This document shows positions 1 to 11,212 of a stretch of 64,000 nucleotides of DNA, in pieces (the first letter of the stretch is position 1; the number at the start of each line of letters is the position of its first letter). The notes beneath the pieces were generated by a model. It made no database searches and was not told the origin of the DNA. It saw only the letters and a list, made by a program, of their open reading frames with translations. The position numbers and the translations under genes were made by a program. Where the stretch lies: the sequence record MK268344.1; one strand, written 5' to 3'.

Positions 1-2
1 AA

Positions 3-95
3 TTGTGGATGGATATTGCGATTCAACCAGTACGTAGTATTAACTTTATCTACATTCCAATCCGTATTGAGAAAACTGCTTCAGCAGGTGCTTAA
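3..95 (+). CDS. gp18: Tail sheath protein, C-terminal fragment (gene begins before the window)
   Basis: Frame 3 reads LWMDIAIQPVRSINFIYIPIRIEKTASAGA*. This matches the conserved contractile-sheath C-terminus (D-I-A-I-x-P-V-x-x-I-x-F-I-Y-I-P) and lies directly upstream of the tube genes. Confidence 0.85.
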   Translation: MWMDIAIQPVRSINFIYIPIRIEKTASAGA

Positions 96-101
96 TACTT
101 C

Positions 102-124
102 AAAAGGGGCTTATAAGCCCCTTT
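102..124 (+). terminator. Rho-independent terminator after sheath gene
   Basis: aaaaggggct-tata-agcccctttt, followed by a T-rich tract. Confidence 0.8.
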
Positions 125-200
125 TACTTTTGTAACTCCAAATATGGAAAGTAATCTAATAAATATATTAAAGATATAATTCCAATTTTGGGAGAACAAT

Positions 201-887
201 ATGGCAAATATGTTGGATAAATATGGTGTTCCACTATCTGGTGGTGGTCGTATTGCAATGAAACAACCTAAAGCGAAATATAAATTTCGTGTTATTTTCT
301 TTGGCTTTGGTGCTGCGGAAGATGGTGATTTTATTACAATTGATACCAACACAGTAGCATCACCACACGTTTCACACGAAAACGTAACTGTTCACAGTTA
401 CAACAGTAGTGCACACTACAAAGGTAAGTATACTTGGAGTGAGATCGAACTTGCATTCCGTGATTCTGTAGGAAACTCTTCTTTAAAAGCATTATATAAC
501 CAAATGCGTAAAGAATTTAACTACTATACTCAAGAATCTCGTATTGCCGATGTACAATTTAAGTTCGAAATGTGGATTCAAGCTCTAGATGGTTCTAACA
601 GTGAAAGTGTTACTAACCTTTTCCAAGGTACACAACACACATGGGTATGCCAAGGTTGTTTCATCACTGATACTAACTTTGGTGATTGGGACTATTCCAG
701 TTCTGATCCACAAGTAATCACAGCAACAATTCAACCTGATGCATGTGCATTACTAGGCCCAACTGGTCTACCACTAGGTGATGAAGTTTCTGGTAACGGT
801 ACTCCTGCTAATGCAAGTACTATTTCTGGTGCTCAAACCTCTATCAGTACTACATCTCTACCTGATAAAAACTTCTTTAATAACTAA
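201..887 (+). CDS. gp19: Tail tube protein (T4 gp19-like), copy 1
   Basis: QPKAKYKFRV, KYTWSEIELAFRD and WVCQGCFITDTNFGDWDYSSSDP motifs are typical of gp19-type tubes. Follows the sheath gene; GGAG RBS. Confidence 0.8.
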   Translation: MANMLDKYGVPLSGGGRIAMKQPKAKYKFRVIFFGFGAAEDGDFITIDTNTVASPHVSHENVTVHSYNSSAHYKGKYTWSEIELAFRDSVGNSSLKALYNQMRKEFNYYTQESRIADVQFKFEMWIQALDGSNSESVTNLFQGTQHTWVCQGCFITDTNFGDWDYSSSDPQVITATIQPDACALLGPTGLPLGDEVSGNGTPANASTISGAQTSISTTSLPDKNFFNN

Positions 888-904
888 TATTAAAATAGAT
901 CACT

Positions 905-930
905 GCCCTAGACTTGTCTGGGGCTTTTTT
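905..930 (+). terminator. Rho-independent terminator
   Basis: gccctagac-tt-gtctggggc followed by T6. Confidence 0.7.
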
Positions 931-978
931 TATGCTAAATAATAATATGATCCAAAAATATTAAATAGGGGTTAATTT

Positions 979-1752
979 ATGGCAAATATGCTAAACAAAT
1001 ATGGTGTTCCTCTACCAAGTGGTAGAAATAAAACCATGCTTCAGCCAAAATCAAAATATAAATTCAGAGTGGTTGTATATAACTTTGGTACTGATATCAA
1101 TGATCGTGATCACATAGCTCTAGATGTGGATCAAGTAGATAGACCATCGGTGACATTCAACACACAAAAAGTAGATATGTTTACTACTAATAGCTCATAT
1201 ATTACTAAACATAACTGGAATCCTATTGTACTAACAATTAGAGATTCAGTAGGTAATGAATCCGCAAAAGCACTATCAAGACAGCTTCAAAAACAATTAG
1301 ATTTTCCACGTAGAATTACTTCTCGTTCGGAACAAAACTATTCTGGTTATAAATTTGGTTTAATCATTCAAATGCTTAATGGTAGAAATTCTGAAGATAC
1401 ATTAACTAATTTAGGAAGAGATACAGCAGTTGATATTTCTTCCGCATTAACAAATAACGAAGGGTTGACTAATGCAATTGATCAATTCATAGGTGGTTCT
1501 TCATATAACAGTGATGGTATCATGGAGTACTTTGTTTGTGTTGGATGTATTATTCAAGACATAAACTACGATTCTCTTGATTATAGTTCTTCATCTCCAG
1601 TAACTATGAAAATTACAATTAAACCTGATAATGTAGTACAGTATGATACTATTGCTGAAATGTACAATAGTCGTATCAATTCTCTACTTCCTGATGAAGT
1701 TAACCAAGGGCTTGATATTATTGATAAGATTTTTGGACAAGCAGGACTATAA
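979..1752 (+). CDS. Tail tube protein paralogue (gp19-like), copy 2
   Basis: N-terminus nearly identical to 201..887 (MANMLxKYGVPL...QPKxKYKFRV). Shares RDSVGN and LDYSSS motifs. Confidence 0.75.
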   Translation: MANMLNKYGVPLPSGRNKTMLQPKSKYKFRVVVYNFGTDINDRDHIALDVDQVDRPSVTFNTQKVDMFTTNSSYITKHNWNPIVLTIRDSVGNESAKALSRQLQKQLDFPRRITSRSEQNYSGYKFGLIIQMLNGRNSEDTLTNLGRDTAVDISSALTNNEGLTNAIDQFIGGSSYNSDGIMEYFVCVGCIIQDINYDSLDYSSSSPVTMKITIKPDNVVQYDTIAEMYNSRINSLLPDEVNQGLDIIDKIFGQAGL

Positions 1753-1761
1753 GGAGATAGT

Positions 1762-3874
<2,113 letters not shown>

Positions 3875-3902
3875 ATTAAACTACTGTGACACGGAGTTAA
3901 CA

Positions 3903-4442
3903 ATGAATAAACTACAGACAATTTTAACATCTCTCACTCCTGAATTTGAGTACAGGGTGAAATTTGCAATGGAACCAACCAAAGAAGATATGGCAAAGAT
4001 TACTGCCCGTCTTATTGACCGTTATGACGCAGTTGAAGTTGGCCCATTAACTAAATTAATTTTCCAAGAAAAACCCCTAGACTTTTTTGAACTAGATTGT
4101 GGCGAAATTTGGATGTTCGATTTTACATGTAATCGTGGTGTACAACCAGAAGTACTTCGTTATGAAATTGGTAACCTCTTAAAATGGACTGAGGCTTATA
4201 TTAAAGTTCGTGGTAAAGGTGAACCAGTCGAGATGGCACAAGAAGAAGAACTTGATGATATAGATTTTGATGAATACGAAACTGTACTAGGTGAGCCATT
4301 CGGTGAACCGGAGCCAGATGGTCAGGAGTTAGCTGGACAAGAACGTGCTGAAGTAGCTGTTAAAGATGCTTTAGATAATTTAGAAAAGAAAAGCGATAAA
4401 TTTGCCAAGTACTTAGCTGCTGGCTTTAGTAAGAAGGATTAA
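3903..4442 (+). CDS. Hypothetical (probable virion) protein
   Basis: 179 aa ORF with GGAG RBS and an upstream TAAATA. Confidence 0.6.
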   Translation: MNKLQTILTSLTPEFEYRVKFAMEPTKEDMAKITARLIDRYDAVEVGPLTKLIFQEKPLDFFELDCGEIWMFDFTCNRGVQPEVLRYEIGNLLKWTEAYIKVRGKGEPVEMAQEEELDDIDFDEYETVLGEPFGEPEPDGQELAGQERAEVAVKDALDNLEKKSDKFAKYLAAGFSKKD

Positions 4443-4444
4443 TT

Positions 4445-4999
4445 ATGAGTATGTTGGAAGAAATGTTTGAAGGTGCGAATGATAATCGTGAAACCTTAAA
4501 CGAACGTCCATATTCGAGAACACAATCTGCTATTGATGCAGCCAAAGGAAAAGTAAAAGGTGCTTTCGGTTCTGGACAAATTGAACAAGGTGCACAAGAA
4601 GTTGGTGCAGAAGCAAATAAATTATGGATGGATTTCAAACGTTATATTGGTCGTAAATATGGTAAAGCCCAGCAAACTGTACCATATGGTGATGTTGTGG
4701 CTTTCTTTCAAGGAAATAAATTAGACCCAAAATTCTTGGGTAATAATCAACGTAGAAGTTTCACCCCAAAAGATGTTGGACAAGCTCTACTTGCAGCAGT
4801 GCGGGAATACATGAATGAATTTCCACAAGATAAGCAAGAAGAACCATCGCAGCAGAATGATCAGCCACGTACTGAACCACGGAATGACACAGAAGATTAC
4901 GAAGATCAGCAGCCGAAAAGCAATCCCACTGGCATTTCAGATGTACTTTCTGGTCTAAGTTCAGCAGAGCGTGAACAATTACTACGTCTACTAAGTTAA
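4445..4999 (+). CDS. Hypothetical protein
   Basis: 184 aa ORF in a tightly packed operon; AAGGA RBS. Confidence 0.6.
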   Translation: MSMLEEMFEGANDNRETLNERPYSRTQSAIDAAKGKVKGAFGSGQIEQGAQEVGAEANKLWMDFKRYIGRKYGKAQQTVPYGDVVAFFQGNKLDPKFLGNNQRRSFTPKDVGQALLAAVREYMNEFPQDKQEEPSQQNDQPRTEPRNDTEDYEDQQPKSNPTGISDVLSGLSSAEREQLLRLLS

Positions 5000-5012
5000 T
5001 AGGAGATACAAA

Positions 5013-5999
5013 ATGCTAAATTTTTTCGGTAACAATTCAGAAGTACCGAATGGCTATGTTTACACGTCATATACCGGATCAAAATATGTATTTCTAGAAG
5101 GGTTATGGTTCAATGACTCTTCTATGAAAATGGTTGATCCTTCTAAGTACTCTAAAATGTATGCAAGTGCACAACGTCAAATTGTTGAACAGAATTTACA
5201 TTCCAAAATGAAAATTGGTAATACATATATTTGTGAAGGAAAAGAATACACTTTTATAGGTGAAGGTAAATTTACCCAAAACGGTAATGTTATCGCTGAA
5301 AGCCTTAGCATTAGTCATTCTTTAATGGAAGCAGAAGATAATCAACAAATTGCACCAAATGGATATGTTTATACTTCAAATAAAGGTAAATCATATTATA
5401 AAAAAAATGGAGAATGGTATATTTCAGGAACAAAGGCTAAAGTTAATTCTTCTGCTAGTAAGCCACTTGAGCAAGCTGCTATTCGAAAAATAGAACAAGA
5501 AAATAATTCTAATGAATTGAAAATTGGTAAAAGTACTTGGACTTCTAGTAAGGGTAAAGAATATACATATGTTGGTGGAGACCGCTTTATTTCTGAAGAT
5601 GGAAAACTTTTACCAAAAGGGATGGCTGAAAAAGCTAAAGATGATATAGTCTCTAAGAAAGATGATCATAGAGAAGAAGATACTAAAGTGCGTGATGATG
5701 TAGATTCTAAAATTGATGATACCAGTACTGCTACACCTGAAGACCGCCATGAAGAAGAAAAGACAGACCAACAAAAAGCTGTTGATGAAATTGATGTAGA
5801 TCGTGAAGCCCATCAAGAAGAAAAAGATGATATCAAAGGATTAGCAAATAAAATTAAAGCTAGCCCATATTCTCGTAAGATTACAGTACTTTTAACACGT
5901 GCTGATAAACTATCACTTATGGCTGCTGATATTCTTCTATCAGGAAAGGTAGACGAAGTTAAGAAGATTTTACAATCATTAAATAATAGAGATGAGTAA
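5013..5999 (+). CDS. Hypothetical protein with an internal tandem duplication
   Basis: PNGYVYTS...W and KIG...GKEYT..G each occur twice; AGGAG RBS. Confidence 0.6.
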   Translation: MLNFFGNNSEVPNGYVYTSYTGSKYVFLEGLWFNDSSMKMVDPSKYSKMYASAQRQIVEQNLHSKMKIGNTYICEGKEYTFIGEGKFTQNGNVIAESLSISHSLMEAEDNQQIAPNGYVYTSNKGKSYYKKNGEWYISGTKAKVNSSASKPLEQAAIRKIEQENNSNELKIGKSTWTSSKGKEYTYVGGDRFISEDGKLLPKGMAEKAKDDIVSKKDDHREEDTKVRDDVDSKIDDTSTATPEDRHEEEKTDQQKAVDEIDVDREAHQEEKDDIKGLANKIKASPYSRKITVLLTRADKLSLMAADILLSGKVDEVKKILQSLNNRDE

Positions 6000-6016
6000 T
6001 CACAAGGATTAATAAA

Positions 6017-7069
6017 ATGACTAAAAAAATTAACGAAGCATCAATTAAACTTGATGTAAATGGACTAGAATCTGAAGATTTTGAAACACTATCACGTATG
6101 CTTGCCCTAGCGGGGCAAGCAGAAACTAATACTGGTTCTGTCGGTACTAGTGGTCTTGCTCCCCTAAAACCAATGGATTTTGATAGTATTGGTGATGAAG
6201 AAGTTGGGTCAGAAACACAACCTATTATGAATCCAGCAGATGCAATGGCACCTGTATCTCCTGCTGATGGTGCAGCAGAACTAGGTGATGCTATTGATGA
6301 CCTAGCAGGTACTGTATCTGATTTCGGTGCAGATACCGAAGAAAGTGAAATGTCACTTGACATGGACGGTCAACCAAGTGTATCATCTGAATCAGAGTTT
6401 GAAGATGACGAAGAACTTGGCGATATTGTTGGTTTCGATGATGTAAGTATGGAACTTGACGATAATGGTGATGACGAATTCGATATGAGTCGTATGTCAG
6501 AACTAGCTGGTTTAGGAGAATCTCTAATTACTGAAGATGATTCGGCAGCAGAAGAAGTTGTTGATACTGATGCTCGTGAAGATGAAGATCTTGTTGATGC
6601 AGAAGAAGATGCCGCGAATGAAGAATTAGATGAAAGTCAACGAATTCTACCGGATCTTTCACTAGAAGAAGATTCTAGTGAAGCTGAACAATCATATGGG
6701 CCATTCAATACTGAACGTGAAGCGGTTGAAGATGGAATGCGTCAAACTAATGGTGTTGAAGGTGATAACTTCATCATTGTACCACAAGGTAACGCATACT
6801 ACTGGAAACGTACTGTACATGAAGAACTACAGAACGAACCAGAACCCGAATTCTTTGATAATGATGGTATTGAAAATTCTCGTCATAATTATCGCCACAA
6901 ACGTACTGCATTAGGTGATAATCCACTACTTCATAATGTTCGTGAATCAGAAGAAGTAGATGCTGATAACGATAAAGAAGATGATAATGACGATGAAGAT
7001 GTAGAACAAATCTACGAAAGCATTGCTGCACAGTATGAGAAGTTTCTAGGTGGCTTAAATGGCAAATAA
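6017..7069 (+). CDS. Highly acidic protein (candidate internal head/core protein)
   Basis: 350 aa, very rich in D/E; AAGGA RBS. Confidence 0.5.
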   Translation: MTKKINEASIKLDVNGLESEDFETLSRMLALAGQAETNTGSVGTSGLAPLKPMDFDSIGDEEVGSETQPIMNPADAMAPVSPADGAAELGDAIDDLAGTVSDFGADTEESEMSLDMDGQPSVSSESEFEDDEELGDIVGFDDVSMELDDNGDDEFDMSRMSELAGLGESLITEDDSAAEEVVDTDAREDEDLVDAEEDAANEELDESQRILPDLSLEEDSSEAEQSYGPFNTEREAVEDGMRQTNGVEGDNFIIVPQGNAYYWKRTVHEELQNEPEPEFFDNDGIENSRHNYRHKRTALGDNPLLHNVRESEEVDADNDKEDDNDDEDVEQIYESIAAQYEKFLGGLNGK

Positions 7070-7469
7070 TTACCGTGAAATCATGGAAAGCATTGATGCT
7101 ATTCTTGATGACGAAACAGAAGTTGATAGGGATGAAGAATCCCTATCCCCACAAGAGCTTCTAAAAGACATTGTTGGCTGTCTAAGACATTGCATCGATA
7201 AGATGAGTTCTGAGGAAGTTGACGATTATGAAGATTTTGTGGAAAAGTTGAAAAAAGTACGTGACATTCTCCAGCAAGACGATTATAATGATGAACATCA
7301 ACTAGATGATAATGAAGAACTAGTTGAAGAAAGTCCTTTTCCTGAAATTAAAGGTGATGAATACGGAACTGCTGGTATGGGGCCACGTATTGATAAAAGT
7401 GGTAAGCAACATTATGAAAACCCAAAAGGTCAATCATATGCTGCTAAACATGGGTTTGTAGGAATTTAA
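7059..7469 (+). CDS. Acidic hypothetical protein
   Basis: 136 aa, overlaps the end of the previous gene. Confidence 0.55.
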   Translation: MANNYREIMESIDAILDDETEVDRDEESLSPQELLKDIVGCLRHCIDKMSSEEVDDYEDFVEKLKKVRDILQQDDYNDEHQLDDNEELVEESPFPEIKGDEYGTAGMGPRIDKSGKQHYENPKGQSYAAKHGFVGI

Positions 7470-7471
7470 AA

Positions 7472-7846
7472 ATGATTCCAAAGACCAACAGCACTGAATA
7501 TCAAAATGAAGTACTGGAAAAAGTTCGTGAAGTATATGAATCCGAAGCGGAGATTACTGACCGAATGCTCCTTATGTCCATTTTCGAGAACTTCAGGACT
7601 GGTGGCGGTCTTCGTCTAAGTAAATTCGGATTCGAAATCTGTCAAGGTAACGGATTGTATGAATTTGTAAAAGTCCCATTAAAACGGGAAGATAGAAATT
7701 CGGTTGTTTATACATCTTTGGATCGCATATGCACTAGTCCGTATTATGTTTGTGGAACAGACATTTACATCTCGGACATGATGGTTGTCACACAGCTTAC
7801 ATTTTGTTGCGACGACTTTCAAAAGCTCTTTGCGGTTTACATGTGA
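7472..7846 (+). CDS. Hypothetical protein
   Basis: 124 aa ORF with AGGA RBS; last gene before a promoter. Confidence 0.55.
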   Translation: MIPKTNSTEYQNEVLEKVREVYESEAEITDRMLLMSIFENFRTGGGLRLSKFGFEICQGNGLYEFVKVPLKREDRNSVVYTSLDRICTSPYYVCGTDIYISDMMVVTQLTFCCDDFQKLFAVYM

Positions 7847-7863
7847 AAAGATTTTAAAAAATC

Positions 7864-7894
7864 TTGGGACAAACCGAATAACATGTGATATAAT
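7864..7894 (+). promoter_or_regulatory. Phage-specific promoter motif, copy 1
   Basis: TTGGGACAAA-N10-TGTGATATAAT (extended -10, TGnTATAAT) upstream of the MoxR ATPase gene. Confidence 0.8.
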
Positions 7895-7930
7895 AAACGC
7901 ATATTAAGAGACACAGTACGGAACACTAAC

Positions 7931-7970
7931 AAGGCACTGAAGTTAATGGTAACACAGTGCCTTCTCTTTT
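7931..7970 (+). promoter_or_regulatory. Leader hairpin (attenuator-like) in the MoxR 5' UTR
   Basis: aaggcactg (7931-7939) pairs with cagtgcctt (7955-7963); inner gtta/taac stem; followed by ctctttt. Confidence 0.5.
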
Positions 7971-8030
7971 GCTTATGGATTAGCGATAAACTGAGTATTA
8001 CATTTTATAACCCAAATGAGGAATATACAT

Positions 8031-9353
8031 ATGAGCAACGATCTACTAAACCTAACTCTATCCCCAAAGAAAACTAAAATTGCAATGGCACTAGCTGACC
8101 GTGTAAAAGACAGTCTAATGATTTGGGGTGCTCCCGGTATTGGTAAATCTGCTGTAGCACTACAGTACGCTAATGAAAAATATCCACTACGCAAAGACAA
8201 TCTAGAAAAACTAGAATTCATGCGTAAACAAATTGAAGAAGAAACTGATGCAGCACAAAAAGCTCAACTTGAACGTGAATATAAAGCATTTGACGCTAAA
8301 CTAATCGATCAAGACACTAACTTCATCGATTTCCGTCTATCTCAAATCGACCCAACTGACCTACGTGGGATTCCTGTACCAGAAAAAATCTTCCTAGATA
8401 TGGATGGTAAATCTCTAATTGAGTCTGAACTAAAAGAAGTACAGGATTATATCGCAGAAACCGCAGTTATTTGGGCTGCACCAAAAGTACTAAAACTACC
8501 GTCTGATTGGAAAGGTGTTATTCTATTTGATGAAATTAACTCAGCCATGCCAATCGTACAGGCTGCTTCTTATCAGCTAATCCTAGACCGTTGTGTTGGC
8601 GAAATGAAGCTACCTAAAGACTGCCTAATCCTAGCAGCAGGTAACCGTGAAACTGATGGTGGTGTAACTTTCACACTAGCAACTCCACTTCGTGACCGTA
8701 TGACCCACGTTGAAATGGAACCAAACCATCAAGATTGGATTGATGATTATGCAATCGGTAAGCGTCTAAACCCAGCTACTGTAGCATTCATCAACAACAC
8801 TGGTACTAAGTTCTTCAACACGCTAAACCCTAATGACCCAAGTCATTCTGGTGGTACTTCCCCACGCTCATGGGAACGTGTTGCACAATACGAAGATCTA
8901 AATGATGGTTCTCTAGATAAAGAAGTATATCGTGCAATGATTGCAGGACGTATTGGTGAAGCTGCTGCAATCTCTTACATCGAATACGTAGAAAACGTAT
9001 CTAAACTACCTGATACTATGAAGATCCTAAATGGTGAAATCAAAGAACTAGATGGTAGCCTAGATATTTCTGCAAACTACTTTATCTCTCTAAATCTAGT
9101 GTATAAGATTATTGACCTATATGCACAAAAACAAGAGAAGAAACTAGAAGTTGATGAATGGAGCCGCCTAGCAAACAACTTCATCATTTTCCTAGAGAAG
9201 AACTTCTCCGAATATTCTGCTGAACTAGCTGTACTAGCAATTCGTACACTAACCCAAGCACGTGTTCAACTATCTTACAAAGAAGTCCCAGCATTCCAAG
9301 ACTTCGTTAAACGTTATCAGGATCTAGTGCGTCGTGCACGTACCCTAAACTAA
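8031..9353 (+). CDS. MoxR-family AAA+ ATPase
   Basis: Walker A WGAPGIGKS, Walker B VILFDEIN, AAGNR, and SPRSW sensor region. GAGGA RBS favours the ATG at 8031 over 8016. Confidence 0.85.
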   Translation: MSNDLLNLTLSPKKTKIAMALADRVKDSLMIWGAPGIGKSAVALQYANEKYPLRKDNLEKLEFMRKQIEEETDAAQKAQLEREYKAFDAKLIDQDTNFIDFRLSQIDPTDLRGIPVPEKIFLDMDGKSLIESELKEVQDYIAETAVIWAAPKVLKLPSDWKGVILFDEINSAMPIVQAASYQLILDRCVGEMKLPKDCLILAAGNRETDGGVTFTLATPLRDRMTHVEMEPNHQDWIDDYAIGKRLNPATVAFINNTGTKFFNTLNPNDPSHSGGTSPRSWERVAQYEDLNDGSLDKEVYRAMIAGRIGEAAAISYIEYVENVSKLPDTMKILNGEIKELDGSLDISANYFISLNLVYKIIDLYAQKQEKKLEVDEWSRLANNFIIFLEKNFSEYSAELAVLAIRTLTQARVQLSYKEVPAFQDFVKRYQDLVRRARTLN

Positions 9354-9360
9354 GTATTAT

Positions 9361-9384
9361 GAGGACGGGTTACCGTCCTCTTTT
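9361..9384 (+). terminator. Rho-independent terminator between the ATPase and VWA genes
   Basis: gaggacgg-gtta-ccgtcctc followed by tttt. Confidence 0.75.
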
Positions 9385-9406
9385 AATCTAACAAGAGGAT
9401 TATATA

Positions 9407-10834
9407 ATGGTAGAAAGAAATAGTGATGTATCGCCTGAAGTACTAAAAGAGTGTATCAACCGTATGATTCTTGCACGTACATCTTTAATGCTAGGTCATC
9501 CATTCTTTGGTGTTCTTGCATCACGCCTACGTCCAGTACCTAATAATACTTGGTGTCGTACAATGGCTGTTGATGGTAAACATCTTTTTTATAATGTAGA
9601 ATTCGTTATGGGTCTCCAAGACCAATCCAAGCGTGAAGAATATGCTGCAAAACTACGTGCTGCAATTCCTGATATTACGGATGAACAAGTTGAAAGTTCA
9701 TTAAATGGCCTAAGTGACCAGAACTTAATCGCAGTAATTTGTCACGAAATTTTGCACTGTGCATATGACCACTTCCTACGCCGTGGTAATCGTGATCCTA
9801 AAGCATGGAACGTCGCAGCAGACTATGCAATCAACCAAATTATTGTTCGTGATAAAATTGGACAAATTCAAGATTCATGGCTATTTGATAAGAAGTTCGA
9901 TGGAATGACAGCAGAAGAAATCTATGCTATTCTACTCGAAGAAGCCCAAAAAAATAAAGGTGATGGTGAGGGCGATGGTGACGGCGACGGCGACGGCGAC
10001 GATGGTCAAGGTCAAGGTCAGGGCGGCAGTGGCCCCGGTAAAGGTGAATTTCGTGGCACGTTCGGTGGTGGCACCGTAGACCAACATGATATTCCAGATG
10101 AGGGCAAAGCTACTGATGCTGAAGGTAATCCAATTGACGGAGATAAACGCCGTGAGTATATGGAAGACTTCAAAACTGCTATGATGAATGCTGCACGTGC
10201 AGGTAATGCACCAGCGGAAATTCAACGTATGATTAAAGACTTCCAAGAACCAAAGATTGATTGGAGATCTAAATTACATCGCACACTCCGTTCTTGGATG
10301 AAGAGTGATGCATCTTTCACTAATCCTAACCGTCGCTCGTGGAGTACTGGTTTTGGTACTACCGGAACGTTCTATGGTAACCCTATTTTCCCCGGACTAA
10401 AACCGGACGAGGACATTGATATTGCAATTGCACTAGATGCTTCCGGCTCTATTTCTGAAGCAATGCTAAAGGACTTTATCGGTGAAGTACTTGGGATTAC
10501 TAAGCAATTCAAACAATACAAAATTCGTATCATGACATTTGATACACAAGTATACACCGTTCGTGATTACAAAACTGGTGAAGAGAAGAAAATTCTCGAA
10601 TACCCAATTCACGGTGGCGGTGGTACTGACTTCCTAGCGGTATGGGAGCACATGAAGGAAGATAATTATAAGCCTAAACAGCTAATTATGTTCACTGATG
10701 GTGAACCTTGGAATTCATGGGGTGATCCAGATTATTGTAAAACATTATTTGTGATTCACTCTAACCCACGCAAAGAAGCACCATTTGGTGAAACTGTTCA
10801 CTACGAATGGGAAGCGAAAAAAGCTCGTGCATAA
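9407..10834 (+). CDS. Metallopeptidase (HExxH) plus VWA domain protein (DUF2201-like), MoxR partner
   Basis: HEILH zincin motif; WNVAADYAIN; MIDAS elements DASGS, GGGTDF and FTDG. Confidence 0.85.
   Translation: MVERNSDVSPEVLKECINRMILARTSLMLGHPFFGVLASRLRPVPNNTWCRTMAVDGKHLFYNVEFVMGLQDQSKREEYAAKLRAAIPDITDEQVESSLNGLSDQNLIAVICHEILHCAYDHFLRRGNRDPKAWNVAADYAINQIIVRDKIGQIQDSWLFDKKFDGMTAEEIYAILLEEAQKNKGDGEGDGDGDGDGDDGQGQGQGGSGPGKGEFRGTFGGGTVDQHDIPDEGKATDAEGNPIDGDKRREYMEDFKTAMMNAARAGNAPAEIQRMIKDFQEPKIDWRSKLHRTLRSWMKSDASFTNPNRRSWSTGFGTTGTFYGNPIFPGLKPDEDIDIAIALDASGSISEAMLKDFIGEVLGITKQFKQYKIRIMTFDTQVYTVRDYKTGEEKKILEYPIHGGGGTDFLAVWEHMKEDNYKPKQLIMFTDGEPWNSWGDPDYCKTLFVIHSNPRKEAPFGETVHYEWEAKKARA
9959..10032 (+). 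repeat. GC-rich short tandem repeat encoding a GD/GQ linker
   Basis: Imperfect hexamer repeats (gacggc, ggtgat, ggtcaa). Confidence 0.7.
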
Positions 10835-10844
10835 CAAGCTAAAT

Positions 10845-10870
10845 AAAAGGCACAAATGGATGTGCCTTTT
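10845..10870 (+). terminator. Rho-independent terminator
   Basis: aaaaggcaca-aatgga-tgtgcctttt followed by a T-run. Confidence 0.8.
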
Positions 10871-10881
10871 TTATTTTTTTC

Positions 10882-10912
10882 TTGGGACAAACTGAGAAAA
10901 ATGTGATATAAT
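10882..10912 (+). promoter_or_regulatory. Phage-specific promoter motif, copy 2
   Basis: TTGGGACAAA-N10-TGTGATATAAT. Confidence 0.8.
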
Positions 10913-10952
10913 AAGATGTAAGACAAATATAATACATGGAGTGTATAAAATT

Positions 10953-11207
10953 ATGAGTACTGAAAATCAAAACGCAATTTCTATCGATATCGTTGATATT
11001 ATCAATGCAGCGAAAATTATGGAACAAGCAGTTAAAAACAACGCATTCAGTGTTGAAGAACTAGTGGAAGTTTCCCCTGTGGTTGCTCGCTTCATCACTG
11101 TTGCAAACCAACTAATTGAACAACACAATGCAGCAGTTGAAGCAGCAGAAGCGGCTGAAGCTGGTGACACCGAAGGTGAAGTACAATCTGAAAGTAAAGG
11201 GGAGTAA
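10953..11207 (+). CDS. Small acidic hypothetical protein
   Basis: GGAG RBS at ~10938 favours ATG 10953 over GTG 10941. Confidence 0.6.
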   Translation: MSTENQNAISIDIVDIINAAKIMEQAVKNNAFSVEELVEVSPVVARFITVANQLIEQHNAAVEAAEAAEAGDTEGEVQSESKGE

Positions 11208-11212
11208 TCAAT

